A stretch of 64,000 nt of DNA, from the NCBI GenBank assembly GCA_030390025.1, contig CM059432.1, forward strand, positions 13,764,001-13,828,000, read 5' to 3'. Source of the stretch: Squalus acanthias (taxonomy: Eukaryota). The position numbers were made by a program, and so were the translations under genes. Of the stretch, positions 63,746 through 64,000 are shown in pieces; the first letter of the stretch is position 1, and every line of letters begins with the position of its first letter. The notes below the pieces were generated by a model. It was given only the letters and a program-made list of their open reading frames with translations, ran no database searches and was not told the DNA's origin.

Positions 63746-64000
63746 TATTCTTTCATAAACTGTTGAGAAAGACTAATTGCCTATCACTTCTACTCAGAGA
63801 AGGTTGAAAACTGTTTAGTTTCAAACATTCAGCTTTTTGTTAATCTATTCTGATCTACACTGGGGACAAGTAGCCAGATAGCTGGAAAATCAGACAGAAG
63901 AGAAAGGAAATCTCCAAGAAATGTTGATGCTACTCATCACTGTGAGCAACTTCAGTACTGTACAAAGCCTATATCTACCCAGTAATGGAATACTCCATCC

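Noticed and set aside
1-64000. ORF-track entries as cellular genes, or any prokaryotic-type system (CRISPR array, operon, retron)
   Set aside because: The recognisable ORFs are frameshifted LINE fragments or their antisense shadows; there is no repeat-spacer array or operon-like structure, and the DNA is vertebrate.

Overview
Eukaryotic, repeat-dense vertebrate DNA. It is most likely from a cartilaginous fish (shark); this is inferred from SacSINE1/DeuSINE-type SINEs, very abundant CR1 LINEs and the Penelope-like element (PLE) types present. More than half of the window is decayed transposable elements. These include many CR1 LINE fragments (ORF1 SGNH-esterase, APE endonuclease and RT pieces), L2 LINE fragments and a second CR1-group LINE family (one ~3.1-kb copy starts with a tRNA-derived head and has no ORF1). 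There are also a Vingi/Ingi-like 3' fragment, Deu-domain and LF-SINE-like SINEs, an old unclassified SINE-like family, two TIR-bounded PIF/Harbinger-like MITEs and several hammerhead-bearing PLE insertions. Almost every ORF in the supplied track is a TE fragment, its antisense shadow, or noise; no intact cellular CDS is recognisable. The unique DNA looks intronic for a minus-strand host gene that I cannot name, with a candidate 9-nt microexon (20811-20819) and a candidate internal promoter/first exon (~53784-53930). The most striking structure is a very young 784-bp PLE-derived palindrome (16138-16921) with 306/307-bp arms, one hammerhead ribozyme per arm and a 13-bp TSD. Three PLE insertions share the same tail + inverted arm + target-microhomology architecture. 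Repeat boundaries were read by eye and are approximate unless TSDs/TIRs are quoted.
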